In this document: positions 16,492-26,347 of the stretch, piece by piece | How the letters are laid out: the number at the start of each line of letters is the position of its first letter | How positions within the stretch are numbered: the stretch's first letter is position 1 | Source: Candidatus Poseidoniales archaeon | GTDB taxonomy: Archaea > Thermoplasmatota > Poseidoniia > Poseidoniales > Poseidoniaceae | DNA: 64,000 nt | Reading direction: 5' to 3' | NCBI GenBank assembly: GCA_038105035.1 | Contig: JAYOBT010000006.1 | Coordinates: 4,704-68,703 of the forward strand | Made by a program: the position numbers and the translations under genes | The notes under the pieces: generated by a model | Databases searched by the model: none | What the model was told of the DNA's origin: nothing | Seen by the model: the letters and a program-made list of their open reading frames with translations, nothing else

Positions 16492-17619
16492 TCAATCCAC
16501 ACGGAACAAGCATTCTGTTGGACGTTTGAAGAACACATGACGGTATTTGGCAATCAAACGATAGCCAATGTTGCGCAGTGGTAATGGAATCGCCCAAAGT
16601 ACGGGGAACCACATCTTGTAGTACCAACGCATGTACAACACGCAACGAATACCTGCGGCTGAACGGATGTAGGGTTTGCCGTTTCGAATCAAATACACGG
16701 AATCTGCATTGCGTAACTTCGCTGGAAGTGTTTCGATAACTCGCTGTGCATCTTCATGGAGAATCGGTCGATAACCCAGCTGTTTGCCTTTCGCCAAGCG
16801 TTTGTCAAGGAACGTCGCAAGACGATGACAAAGGCCACAGTCACCATCCAAGAACAGGAAATCACGTTGATCGCTCACCTCAATACGTTCAGCCACTTCA
16901 ATCGACCACGTTTTGACGGGAAGTCCTTTGGAGATATGAACCACATCTGGGGAAAGGACGTCCAATCCCATCTTGTACGATTCGAGCAACGTGTTCGTTT
17001 CAAGTTCGACCCCACCTTCTTGGAACGACCAAGGTTGATGATGCACGTAGGCGCGTCGAAGGCAACCTTCGTGTTCGGTGTACAGGCAGTAACGTTCGAA
17101 GAGGAAGTATTCCAATGAATCAGGTTCAGCCGATTGCATCGAACCTTTGGCATTCGACGTTCCTCGCAATTCTGCACCATCGCTTGATCGGCGCGATTGC
17201 CATTGCAAGGTATCTCCACTGCGTTTCACTTTGGCTTTTGCATAGCGATACGCAAGACCGTATGCTCGAGGGGCATGGAAACAGGTGACAAGACTTTTCG
17301 CGTCCAACGTAAGGAAGAAAACGCCCGGTTGTCCGTCCTTGACGACGTAGGTGCGCACATTGAATTCAGCAAAGGTGGAGATACCTGGAACAGCAGGCAA
17401 TCCTCGCGGCCGTACATTCTTCATGATGAATGGAATCACGCCAACGTAGGCTTCACCTTCGAACACATCGATCTCCAATCCATCTGGAAGGTGTGGTTGC
17501 AGTCGTTCAGCGTCAACCTTCCAGTGCATGAAAGTCAGGTCACGCCATTCTTGCGAGACGGCATAAGGGCGGTTTGGCATTGGGAACGGAAGATGTCCGT
17601 CCTCACGCTTTGCGCCCAT
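16492..17619 (-). CDS. fusion protein: N-terminal DUF2071 (YqjF-like) domain plus C-terminal DCC-family thiol-disulfide oxidoreductase (DUF393)
   Basis: The N-terminal half (WRDLTFMHWKVDAERLQPHLPDGLEIDVFEGEAYVGVIPFIMKNVRPRGLP...FAEFNVRTYV) is the DUF2071 pattern. The C-terminal FLFLDGDCGLCHRLATFLDKR is the DG.C.LC motif of the DCC family. Confidence 0.75.
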   Translation of the reverse strand: MGAKREDGHLPFPMPNRPYAVSQEWRDLTFMHWKVDAERLQPHLPDGLEIDVFEGEAYVGVIPFIMKNVRPRGLPAVPGISTFAEFNVRTYVVKDGQPGVFFLTLDAKSLVTCFHAPRAYGLAYRYAKAKVKRSGDTLQWQSRRSSDGAELRGTSNAKGSMQSAEPDSLEYFLFERYCLYTEHEGCLRRAYVHHQPWSFQEGGVELETNTLLESYKMGLDVLSPDVVHISKGLPVKTWSIEVAERIEVSDQRDFLFLDGDCGLCHRLATFLDKRLAKGKQLGYRPILHEDAQRVIETLPAKLRNADSVYLIRNGKPYIRSAAGIRCVLYMRWYYKMWFPVLWAIPLPLRNIGYRLIAKYRHVFFKRPTECLFRVD

Positions 17620-17650
17620 GCCTTGCCCAAGCCGTGCTCATGTTTGAACA

Positions 17651-18982
17651 TCATTGACGGCTTCTTGTTGCATGACGCAGATCGAGCATGGAGGAAAACA
17701 CGCACAGCGCAGCACCCATTGGAAGTGCGTAGCGCAAGCCTTCACCGCTCAACAAGACCACAGCCAGCGTGATTATTGCCAGTAGGGCAATCGTGGCCAT
17801 TTGGTAAACTGGAGGTGAAGGTGCAGATGCTTCCAAGGCCCATGACAGGGGCGTCGTTGCCATGATGGCAAACCATGCCCCGAGAACGAGGAACGGAGCA
17901 TGCTCAAACATGAGGAACCACAGCAATGGTCCAAACATCAAGCTCCAGCGAACCCAGTTGAGTTCAGGTCGCGGGCCATCGTCAAAACCAAGCAACGGAA
18001 GCAGCAACACACCTGCCATCAAGGCACACATCCATCCAACCAACCACAACGAAGAACGTACGGAGATCGCATCCGGCGTCTGTTGATTCTGCATGAGGAG
18101 GCTTGTAACCAGCAACAGAAGGGCAACACTCACACCGATGCTCCACGCAAGCGCTTTGCTTCGACCGTTCCCGGCACCGAGGTGCGGGTCAACGTCACGA
18201 TGTGGAACCACGAACACGTGAAGATTGAAGGCGACGATGACCCACAACCACAACGTCGCTGTTTGGTCATCTTGTCTCGGATTAGTCCACCATGAGGCAT
18301 CAAAGACACCAGATTCGAGAAACGCCATGAACAGATAGACGAAGGCCGTGAATAGCAATGGCGACATTGGGAGATAGAAGCGTTGCTGATGGTGTCGCAG
18401 ACCACGTTGTGGGGCATGTGCATTGAGCATACCTGTGATGACAACCAATTGAACCAAAACAAGAAACACAACGCTCCAGAGATCGACCTGTGGTGCTGGC
18501 ATGGAGATCAATGGCAGCGTCTCTGGAGCGATGTAGGCCGAATCGTCGAAGACCAACGTCGATGAAATCAACAGCATAAGGGCCAAGCTTCGCTTGAGTT
18601 TTTGCAGTCCTTCAACCGACCATGCCTGACGTGATCCTTGCCCGTTCCATGCAAACAGATAGACGAGTGGAAGAACCATCCACTCAACCAATCCGTCGCC
18701 CGCAAACAAAACATGCAGTCGCTCGGTCATGCTCGAGCCGCTGTCCAAGTAGGCTGCCACCTCAAGGTGCGTGGTATCATGAGAGAAGAGAGCAGAAATA
18801 CGTAGTGAGATGATGACAGCAAGCAGAGCGAATGGAAGCCATCGCAATACCCGAAGCAAGGATTCACTCTTGTTGCGTGCGAAAGTTTCCACCGACTTGG
18901 GAAACATCCACATGGCGATGGACCCGAAGAAGAGCGGGACCAACCAAGGCATGTCATCGCCCAGCATGAACCGACCACACAT
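17651..18982 (-). CDS. polytopic integral membrane protein (~12 TM), function unknown
   Basis: 443 aa, almost entirely hydrophobic helices separated by short loops. The true start could be M6 or M11. Confidence 0.6.
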   Translation of the reverse strand: MCGRFMLGDDMPWLVPLFFGSIAMWMFPKSVETFARNKSESLLRVLRWLPFALLAVIISLRISALFSHDTTHLEVAAYLDSGSSMTERLHVLFAGDGLVEWMVLPLVYLFAWNGQGSRQAWSVEGLQKLKRSLALMLLISSTLVFDDSAYIAPETLPLISMPAPQVDLWSVVFLVLVQLVVITGMLNAHAPQRGLRHHQQRFYLPMSPLLFTAFVYLFMAFLESGVFDASWWTNPRQDDQTATLWLWVIVAFNLHVFVVPHRDVDPHLGAGNGRSKALAWSIGVSVALLLLVTSLLMQNQQTPDAISVRSSLWLVGWMCALMAGVLLLPLLGFDDGPRPELNWVRWSLMFGPLLWFLMFEHAPFLVLGAWFAIMATTPLSWALEASAPSPPVYQMATIALLAIITLAVVLLSGEGLRYALPMGAALCVFSSMLDLRHATRSRQ

Positions 18983-19043
18983 TCTCGCGCTATGATGCTA
19001 ACGGCTTCGTAAGACACAAAGGGGCGCGTCTTCAGGGACAGGT

Positions 19044-20753
19044 ATGGGCGAGCGCAGTGGTGAGGACGGTCTCCTTGCCCAAGCAGAAATTGCACCGCTC
19101 ACCGGCCTTGCAGAATCGCTTGGTCTTGACCGCAATGAATGGATTGAAACGGCAACCAAACCTCTTCCAGAAACGCTACGCCTCACCATGAACCACTACG
19201 ATGTGGAGTGGACTCGGCAGCAACTTCTCGAGATGGGTGCCACGCCTCTGTCTTGGTCGGTTGGGAACGAAGCCTATCAACTCCCCTTTGCTCGAGGCCA
19301 AGCTCCTCGCGATGGAACACGTGAACTGCTCGCCTTGCTTCACGACACGGGACGTGTGACACGACAAGAAGCGGCCAGTATGCTTCCGATTCTGGTGCTT
19401 GATCCACAACAGGACGAACTTCTTCTGGACCTCTGTGCAGCTCCAGGTTCGAAAGCCACCCATGCAGCAGAACGTATGGCGCCAAGCGGTGTCGTCGTTG
19501 CCAACGAACCGATTTCTGGTCGCGTCAACATGCTGGCGAGCAACCGAGGACGATTGTCGCTCCACAATGTGATCATCACCCAACACGATGGTCGTCACGT
19601 TGGACGTATTCCGAAACCAGGCTTCGATGCCATCGTCGCCGATGTCCCATGTACGGGAAGCGCCACATCTCGCAAGAACAAGGATGTGTGGTGGAGTTGG
19701 TCACCAAAAGGTGGGCGAACGATGTTCCAATTGCAAGTTGATATCGCTACCAGAGGAGCACAGTTGCTTCGACCCGGTGGGATGATGGTTTACTCCACAT
19801 GTTCCATCGACCCTGTCGAAAACGAGGCGGTCATCAGCGAGTTGGTTCGTAAGTGTCCATGGATGGAAGTTGTTGGAATCGATGAATCCAAGGTTGAAGG
19901 CTTGGTTTGGCATCAGGGCTTGACCTCATGGATACCACTCGATGAGAATGGAAAGGTCCCCGAACAACCAGAAGATGTTCCGTTCTTTGATGAACGATAC
20001 CTGCCGCCTAAGGAGCAAGAACTGCTTGCAGCATTGCCAAAGACCCGTCGATTGTATCCACAAGACAACAACACGGGTGGCTTCTATGTGGCCCTACTTC
20101 GACATCGAGAGGATGCCACCCCTGAAGGCGTTGCCAAGACGTTCATCGATAAGTTGGCCAAGCGACGTGAGGACTCCGGATGGGAGTCACGCCTCCTTGA
20201 CAAGCCGGGAACCAATCGCCACACCGTCCATGCTGCCGAAGAGGGAGAAGCCGCTATTGTCATGGAACAATGCCAATTGATGGATGCTGGGTTCTCGTGG
20301 TGGAAGCGTGGCAAGCGTATGGCTGTCGCTCCGAAACTTGTTCATGACCGTATTTGGGCACAAGAAACGCCAAACAAACGCGGCGATCGATGGCCAGGTG
20401 GAACCTTCCACCCACTGCAAGTGCTCCATGTAGGCCTGCCTGCATTTGTTTCCAAAAACGGCAACTGGCGGGCTCGACAAGAATCCATTCCTCTGCTCTA
20501 TTCACAACTCTCCGAGACAATTACGCACATCGAACACGATGTCTTGATGCGTCTTCTCAACAATGAGGCCCTGGAACCAGACGTGGTGTTCGGACAACAA
20601 GACCCGCCACAAGGTGCCTTCCTGCTGCGATGCATCCATCATACTGGCTCTCTTATCATCAACGCATGGTGCGGTACAAGAATCACGCTGATGCTTGACA
20701 AGGCTGAACGGCGCTTGTTGTCGATTCGTTTGGGTTTGGAGGAAGAGGAATGA
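19044..20753 (+). CDS. NOL1/NOP2/Sun (RsmB/Trm4-like) RNA cytosine-C5 methyltransferase with a ~230-aa C-terminal extension
   Basis: LLLDLCAAPGSKATH (SAM motif I), VVANE, FDAIVADVPCTGSATSRKN (motif IV, PC), and MVYSTCSIDPVENEAVI (motif VI, TC). Confidence 0.85.
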   Translation: MGERSGEDGLLAQAEIAPLTGLAESLGLDRNEWIETATKPLPETLRLTMNHYDVEWTRQQLLEMGATPLSWSVGNEAYQLPFARGQAPRDGTRELLALLHDTGRVTRQEAASMLPILVLDPQQDELLLDLCAAPGSKATHAAERMAPSGVVVANEPISGRVNMLASNRGRLSLHNVIITQHDGRHVGRIPKPGFDAIVADVPCTGSATSRKNKDVWWSWSPKGGRTMFQLQVDIATRGAQLLRPGGMMVYSTCSIDPVENEAVISELVRKCPWMEVVGIDESKVEGLVWHQGLTSWIPLDENGKVPEQPEDVPFFDERYLPPKEQELLAALPKTRRLYPQDNNTGGFYVALLRHREDATPEGVAKTFIDKLAKRREDSGWESRLLDKPGTNRHTVHAAEEGEAAIVMEQCQLMDAGFSWWKRGKRMAVAPKLVHDRIWAQETPNKRGDRWPGGTFHPLQVLHVGLPAFVSKNGNWRARQESIPLLYSQLSETITHIEHDVLMRLLNNEALEPDVVFGQQDPPQGAFLLRCIHHTGSLIINAWCGTRITLMLDKAERRLLSIRLGLEEEE

Positions 20754-21889
20754 GGGCCTACATCGTCCTGTTCCTCGTTGCTCTCCTGCCGCTCGCATCT
20801 GCTGCAACAAGCATTCACATCGAGTGGGATGTTGAGCAACCCGTTGATGATGACCGTCGTTATGTCGAACATTTTCCCAGTTCAACGGTTGAATGCACGG
20901 ATTGTGTGCAAACGACCAACGATGACATCGTCGTAAATTGGTGGAGATACAGCGACCAAACCGGCTCCTCATGGCCTGATGACGATGCGAATCTCCGAGC
21001 TGGACTGATGGGCGTTGAGTTGAATCAAAGCCGTTCCATTATCAACGGGAACGGTGAGGAAGAGCGGCAACATCTCATCGACATCCAAGGAACACTATCG
21101 ATCCGTTCGGAACTTGAAGACCAGTACTTTCTTGTTGCCAATTTGACGGTCGAACCATTGGTTGATCTTCGCAACGACGTCATCATGCAATTCCTGTTCG
21201 TCGAAGAGCAGAGTACCGATCAACACGGGCGTGAGTTGTCCTATCTTGTTCGTGATTTGACATCGGAGGTTGGTTTCTTTCGAACCGCAGGCAACATCTC
21301 AGAGGTGAACGTTACCGTTTCGTATGAACACCTCTTTGCTGCAGGCGTTGACCTTGTCGATGAGCGCTATGGCTGGAAGGTGTTCATCGTCGTCATGGGT
21401 GCGGAATCGGCTTCCCTCGACTCCCCTGGTGTTATCGCTCTCTACGAAACGTCGGTACCAACTTCGAGTGAGCAACTTAGCTTCATCGATTATTTACCAC
21501 CCATCGTGTTCATCGCAGTCGCCCTTGTTATCGTGTTCTCTGTCGTTCGTAGTTCGTTCAATCAGGAACATGGCTTGCCTGAAATCCGAGCACGCTGGAA
21601 GGATGGGGCCGATCCGGCCATCACCATCGAAATCGATGCCAAGCGTCGGGATGTTGCCATCCAAGGATGTGAAGCCTCCGAGCCGTGGTCCATGCGAGGT
21701 GGTGTGAAACGAAGCACCATCGAATCCGGATCAACAACGAATTTCGATGTTCGATTCAAAAAATGGCATCAACAAGGTTTGGTTTTGAAATTGAAGATGG
21801 AGGTCGACACGCTCGGTGGATGGACCCAAAACATCCGCTTACCGGTTCGCAGCAAAGCCGAACGAAGCGTTGAAGATGAGCAAGACTAA
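20750..21889 (+). CDS. hypothetical type-I membrane protein (signal peptide, ~240-aa ectodomain, TM, ~100-aa cytoplasmic domain)
   Basis: MRAYIVLFLVALLPLASAAT is the signal peptide. The TM is LPPIVFIAVALVIVFSVV. Its ATG overlaps the methyltransferase stop (ATGA). Confidence 0.6.
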   Translation: MRAYIVLFLVALLPLASAATSIHIEWDVEQPVDDDRRYVEHFPSSTVECTDCVQTTNDDIVVNWWRYSDQTGSSWPDDDANLRAGLMGVELNQSRSIINGNGEEERQHLIDIQGTLSIRSELEDQYFLVANLTVEPLVDLRNDVIMQFLFVEEQSTDQHGRELSYLVRDLTSEVGFFRTAGNISEVNVTVSYEHLFAAGVDLVDERYGWKVFIVVMGAESASLDSPGVIALYETSVPTSSEQLSFIDYLPPIVFIAVALVIVFSVVRSSFNQEHGLPEIRARWKDGADPAITIEIDAKRRDVAIQGCEASEPWSMRGGVKRSTIESGSTTNFDVRFKKWHQQGLVLKLKMEVDTLGGWTQNIRLPVRSKAERSVEDEQD

Positions 21890-21898
21890 CGTCTGCTC

Positions 21899-22354
21899 AT
21901 GGACCTCGATACGACCGACCGTGACCTCTTGGCAGCCTTGCTCGAAGATGCACGCATCAGCCAGCGTGGGCTTGCAAAGCGTGTTGGTGTTGCTCAAGGG
22001 ACCATCACCAATCGTTTACGGCGTCTCGAAGAGATGGGCATCATCAAAGGGTACACTGTGCTTCTCGATGCTGAAAGCATCGGTTGGACCATGACCGTCA
22101 TCACAGGCCTGCGCATCCAGAAAGGATCGATGATCGATGTTCAGCAACAAATCGCTGCGGACCCTCGTGTCTTCGCAGTATACGATGTGACAGGTGATTA
22201 CGACTCCATGGTGCTTGCACGCGTTCGTGGCCGGAAAGACCTCGACGACTTGACCAAGACTGTCTTCACCTTACAGGGTGTCCAGCGTTCCTTTACGCAG
22301 GTCGTCTTGAACACGGTCAAAGAAGATGGACGTGTCGTTCCGCCGAGCGAATGA
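21899..22354 (+). CDS. Lrp/AsnC family transcriptional regulator
   Basis: DRDLLAALLEDARISQRGLAKRVGVAQGTITNRLRRLEEMGIIKGY is the HTH. It is followed by a RAM-type ligand domain (...VTGDYDSMVLARV...). Confidence 0.9.
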   Translation: MDLDTTDRDLLAALLEDARISQRGLAKRVGVAQGTITNRLRRLEEMGIIKGYTVLLDAESIGWTMTVITGLRIQKGSMIDVQQQIAADPRVFAVYDVTGDYDSMVLARVRGRKDLDDLTKTVFTLQGVQRSFTQVVLNTVKEDGRVVPPSE

Positions 22355-22356
22355 TA

Positions 22357-22821
22357 TCATTCCTCATCTTGACGGATGATGGCTTCCATGTCCATGTGAG
22401 GGGCTAGCGCACCTGCGAGACCGCCCAAACTTTCCACCACTCGGGTTTCGGGTTTGAGCGTCTTCATCAAATTCTTCCGTAGGTCCTCGTCGATCATCAC
22501 ATCGAACGACTCGAGACGGCGGCGAAGATTGGATTGCAACTTTCCTCCAGTCCGGTCCCAATCCATCAGGAGGGTCATGGTCGAGCGCCTGTCGTTCGTT
22601 CGCGTCCCGTAGGTTTCGTAAAGATACGCAGCCAATCGATCCATTCCCCAGCCGCGATTGACGACCTCAATGGGGCCGACGAATCCAAGTCGAAGCAATG
22701 CTGCTTTGTCCCTCGGACCTTCGACGATGATGGCAAATCCTTCCTCGCGATTGCGGTACCTCGCCTCACCCAAGGCTTTTCCAGCAGACTGGAATCGCTC
22801 AATGGTGTTGGTTGGGTCCAT
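22357..22821 (-). CDS. small Toprim-domain protein (archaeal RNase M5/primase-like family)
   Basis: Start set at the ATG at 22821 (MDPTNTIERF...). FAIIVEGPRDKAALLRLGF and LLMDWDRTGGKL are the Toprim E and DxD motifs. Confidence 0.7.
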   Translation of the reverse strand: MDPTNTIERFQSAGKALGEARYRNREEGFAIIVEGPRDKAALLRLGFVGPIEVVNRGWGMDRLAAYLYETYGTRTNDRRSTMTLLMDWDRTGGKLQSNLRRRLESFDVMIDEDLRKNLMKTLKPETRVVESLGGLAGALAPHMDMEAIIRQDEE

Positions 22822-22988
22822 CTTTGCACCTGAAACTCGGACGATGGAATCTCTCTTGAAGATGTGTGAAATTGCGAAAGAACATACATTCATATGATAG
22901 AAAATTGAGGTCAAGAATTTCACTCTGGTGCTCGCTTTACGCCAACGCTTAAAGTGGGCCCTCTCGCCCCTTAGAACAAGGTGCAACC

Positions 22989-23966
22989 ATGCCAGCGGAA
23001 GATACCGTTTTCTACGTGCTTTACGACAAATACATGTTCTGGTCAATTCTTGTAGCGATTTTCACTTTTGGATGGCTCTTTACCGCCATGTTGCGCTACC
23101 GTGACGGTGTTGAACCAGATACCACAAAACTCGACCACATCGAGGTTGGCGCCTTCCCTGTGGATCGGCATAACACGAAACTGGAAGCCATGTTCTACAT
23201 CCTTCCAACCATCCTTGTTGTTTGGCTCACCATTCTTGCCCTCGGCTCCAACACAGCCGTTTGGAACCCTGACACCGAGGACTCCTTCGAGATCAACATC
23301 AACGCCTACCAATGGTACTTCGAATTCGACTATGCTGAGCAACTCACATGGGAAGACACCGACACTGGAATTGATGTCCAGTGGGACCAAGGTATCATGC
23401 AAGTCGATGCCTCTGGCAACCCTGATGCTGCGAGCATCGAAGTCAAGCTCGACAATCAGAAGTCTGACTATGAGATCAACAACGGTTCAAGCCTCATGGC
23501 CATCACAGCGACCTATGATCTTGGTCGACACACCTACGTCAAGGTCTTCGATGCTGAAGGTGCTTTGATTCACACATGGGAGCACATCCCTCGAGGACAC
23601 ACATTCATCACACCTTCTGAGCCAATGATCGTTCCTTGCGACCAACTCGTTGACGCGACCATGAAGTCCAGAGGTATCGAGGGCGATGAGCGCAACGTTG
23701 GTGTTCAACACGCCTTCTGGGTTCCAGAATGGGGAATGAAGGAAGACTTCGTTCCTGGGCTCGAAGCAGGTACAACACTCTACTTCATGCCAGACGATGC
23801 TGGCACTTTCCCAATCCGCTGTGCTGAGTACTGTGGTCTTCAGCACTCTGTCATGACCGGTCAGGTCATGGTCGTCGCTCCAGAAGGTACAACCTGTGAC
23901 TACGACTCCGGTGTCAAGAAGACAAACACGGACACGTCTGGAGACGATTATGGAGGTGAAATGTGA
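22989..23966 (+). CDS. coxB: heme-copper (cytochrome c/quinol-type aa3) oxidase subunit II, with a ~90-aa insertion in the cupredoxin domain
   Basis: Two N-terminal TM helices. QWYFEFDY, then the insertion, then VQHAFWVPEWGMKEDFVPG and the CuA motif CAEYCGLQHSVM. Confidence 0.85.
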   Translation: MPAEDTVFYVLYDKYMFWSILVAIFTFGWLFTAMLRYRDGVEPDTTKLDHIEVGAFPVDRHNTKLEAMFYILPTILVVWLTILALGSNTAVWNPDTEDSFEININAYQWYFEFDYAEQLTWEDTDTGIDVQWDQGIMQVDASGNPDAASIEVKLDNQKSDYEINNGSSLMAITATYDLGRHTYVKVFDAEGALIHTWEHIPRGHTFITPSEPMIVPCDQLVDATMKSRGIEGDERNVGVQHAFWVPEWGMKEDFVPGLEAGTTLYFMPDDAGTFPIRCAEYCGLQHSVMTGQVMVVAPEGTTCDYDSGVKKTNTDTSGDDYGGEM

Positions 23967-26347
23967 TGCGACGACGCGTTGTCGGCATCCTTTCCCTGCT
24001 TCTTGTCGCCTTGATGTTGGTCCCTCAATTTAGTGCCCTCCCAGGTGGAATTGGTGCTGCAGGAAACGCTGGTTGTTCCTGTCACGCTGGTGGCGATGAT
24101 GGTTCAACCGCCATCCTCGTTGAGGGCCTTCCTGAAACCTTCAATGCAAGCGAGAGTTACGTCTTCACCATCACACTCGTCAACGACGAGATGACACTCT
24201 ACGGTAACGGTGACCCAGCCCAAGGCTGGAGCGGCGTCCAAGGTGGATTCCGAATCGTCCTTGAGGGCGGTGGAAGCGTTACCACCATCGATCCATCCTA
24301 CAGCCAAGTTGTTGATGGTGGATTAACACACTCAGAGGACGGAAACAAATTCCGTTCATGGGACTTTGAATTCCAAGCACCTGTCAGCGATGCTGCAACC
24401 GTTGAGATGACCATCATCGGTAACGCCGTTAGCGGTGGTGCAGTCAGTGGCGGTGCAACCGGTGCTGGTGATGGTACAGCCAACGATTACTGGAACGTCC
24501 AGACCGTTGTCGTCCCAGGATTGAACGCTGAAGCCAAAGGGCCAAGCGCACCTCCATTGGTCATCCTCTTGACCGCTGTTGGACTGTCCATCTCCATTAT
24601 CCTCCTTGGAACGATGTGGGTCTTCTACCGACGCAGCCCTGAAACATTCACCGTTGGAAGTTTCTGGAGCTACCTCAAGCCGTGGTTGACCACAACAGAC
24701 CACAAAGAAGTCGGTATCCTCTACTTCTTGTTTGGATTCTTCTTCTTCCTCGTTGGTGGCGTTCTTGCGCTCTTGTTCCGTATTCAACTCGCTCTCCCAG
24801 AGAACGATTTCCTAACGCAGCAAGAGTACAACTCGTTCTTCACCTTGCACGGAACGACCATGATTTTCCTTGGTGCTATGCCAATGATCGCTGGATTCCT
24901 CAACTACGTTCTACCGCTCCAAATCGGTGCAAAGGACCTTGCTTTCCCTCGAATCAACGCCATGGGTCTTTGGCTTCTCGTCTTCTCAGCACCACTCATC
25001 TTCTCAGGAATTTGGTCTGGCGAAGGTGCGGACATTACGTGGGTCATGTATCCACCATACTCCTCACTGAGCAACGCTGGAGATTACGGTGCCAATGCAG
25101 GAACGACAGCGTTCATTGCAGGTATGCTGATGCTGGGTGCATCATCGACACTGGGTGGTGTCAACTTCATCACCACGGTGTTCACCATGCGAGCTCCTGG
25201 TATCACATGGATGAAGATGCCACTCTTCACTTGGTCTGCCTTCGTCAGCGTCTTCATGCTGTTCATGTCCTTGCCAGCACTCATCATTGGTGTTGCCTTC
25301 CTGATGTTTGACCATACGATAGGTTCGACGTTCTTTACAGGCGGAGGCGATCCGTTGCTGTTCCAACACCTGTTCTGGTTCTTCGGCCATCCTGAGGTCT
25401 ACGTTGTTATCATTCCAGCCTTTGGTATCGTTTCCGAAGTACTAGCGACGAGTGCGCGACGTTCCATCTTCGGCTACAAGTCGATGGTCTTCGCCATGGC
25501 GGGTATCGGTATCGTCGGGTTCATCGTTTGGGGGCACCACATGCTCACCTCGGGTATGGACCCATTCTGGCGTGCTGCCTTCATGATCACGACCATGGCG
25601 GTTGCGATTCCAACCGGTGCGAAGATCTTCAACTGGTTGATGACACTCTGGGGCGGCTCACTGGTCATGAAGACCCACACGCTTTGGGCTCTTGGATTCC
25701 TTATCACCTTCACACTCGGAGGTATCTCTGGAATGTTCTTCCCTGTTGCAGGGCTTGACACGCACTTCCACGATTCCTACTTCGTCGTTGCTCACTTCCA
25801 CTACGTGTTTATCGGCGGTACGGTGTTCGCACTGTTCTCTGGCGTCTACTACTGGTACCCGAAAGCAACTGGACGCAAGCTCAACGAGACACTTGGTCTC
25901 TGGCACTTCTTGATTGGATTCGCTTCCTACAACGCTGCCTTCTGGCCAATGCACGCTCTTGGTATCCAAGGTATGCCTCGTCGAACCCACTCCTACACCG
26001 TAGAGAGTGGCTTTGCCGAGTACAACATGGCGATCACCATCTTTGCCTTCATCTTCGGATTGAGCCAACTCCTTCTGGTTTGGAACCTCGTCTATTCCGG
26101 AAAGAACGGCGAAAAGGCTGGCAAGGACCCGTGGGGCGGTTGGTCCCTCGAGTGGTCCACCACTTCGCCACCACCAACTCCTTCCTTCCACGTCATTCCT
26201 ACACAGCGTGACATGAACGAAATCTACGGCCACCATGCTGAAGACTCGATGAAAGAGAAGCTGTGGAAAGGCAAGAAGAAAGGTGATGCAGCCAAGAAAT
26301 CCACTGTGGTGAGTGCTGTACTCTCCACCTCAGGGGAGGAGATTTGA
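23966..26347 (+). CDS. coxA: heme-copper oxidase subunit I fused to an N-terminal ~230-aa extracytoplasmic domain
   Basis: The ATG at 23966 overlaps the coxB stop (TGATG). From about residue 235 the canonical subunit I is present: TTDHKEVGILYF, WFFGHPEVYVVIIPAFG, GHHMLTSG, VAHFHYVFIGG. The N-terminal part is a signal/TM segment, a beta-rich domain with GCSCH, and an extra TM. Confidence 0.9.
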   Translation: MRRRVVGILSLLLVALMLVPQFSALPGGIGAAGNAGCSCHAGGDDGSTAILVEGLPETFNASESYVFTITLVNDEMTLYGNGDPAQGWSGVQGGFRIVLEGGGSVTTIDPSYSQVVDGGLTHSEDGNKFRSWDFEFQAPVSDAATVEMTIIGNAVSGGAVSGGATGAGDGTANDYWNVQTVVVPGLNAEAKGPSAPPLVILLTAVGLSISIILLGTMWVFYRRSPETFTVGSFWSYLKPWLTTTDHKEVGILYFLFGFFFFLVGGVLALLFRIQLALPENDFLTQQEYNSFFTLHGTTMIFLGAMPMIAGFLNYVLPLQIGAKDLAFPRINAMGLWLLVFSAPLIFSGIWSGEGADITWVMYPPYSSLSNAGDYGANAGTTAFIAGMLMLGASSTLGGVNFITTVFTMRAPGITWMKMPLFTWSAFVSVFMLFMSLPALIIGVAFLMFDHTIGSTFFTGGGDPLLFQHLFWFFGHPEVYVVIIPAFGIVSEVLATSARRSIFGYKSMVFAMAGIGIVGFIVWGHHMLTSGMDPFWRAAFMITTMAVAIPTGAKIFNWLMTLWGGSLVMKTHTLWALGFLITFTLGGISGMFFPVAGLDTHFHDSYFVVAHFHYVFIGGTVFALFSGVYYWYPKATGRKLNETLGLWHFLIGFASYNAAFWPMHALGIQGMPRRTHSYTVESGFAEYNMAITIFAFIFGLSQLLLVWNLVYSGKNGEKAGKDPWGGWSLEWSTTSPPPTPSFHVIPTQRDMNEIYGHHAEDSMKEKLWKGKKKGDAAKKSTVVSAVLSTSGEEI

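Noticed and set aside
16025-16645. Full 206-aa version of the ORF overlapping the DUF2071-DCC gene by ~150 nt
   Set aside because: The internal ATG at 16462 removes the overlap and leaves a 29-nt spacer. The N-terminal 61 residues of the long version look non-protein-like (Cys/Gln/Ser-rich read-through of the neighbour's 3' end).
24074-24085. Possible heme-c attachment site in the CoxA N-terminal domain
   Set aside because: The motif is C-S-C-H, with only one residue between the cysteines, not CxxCH. I therefore do not call it a cytochrome c. It is kept only as an unexplained conserved-looking Cys/His cluster in the findings.
24682-26236. 209-aa (+) and 192-aa (-) ORFs inside coxA
   Set aside because: These are off-frame or antisense to the canonical subunit I sequence with all its signature motifs.
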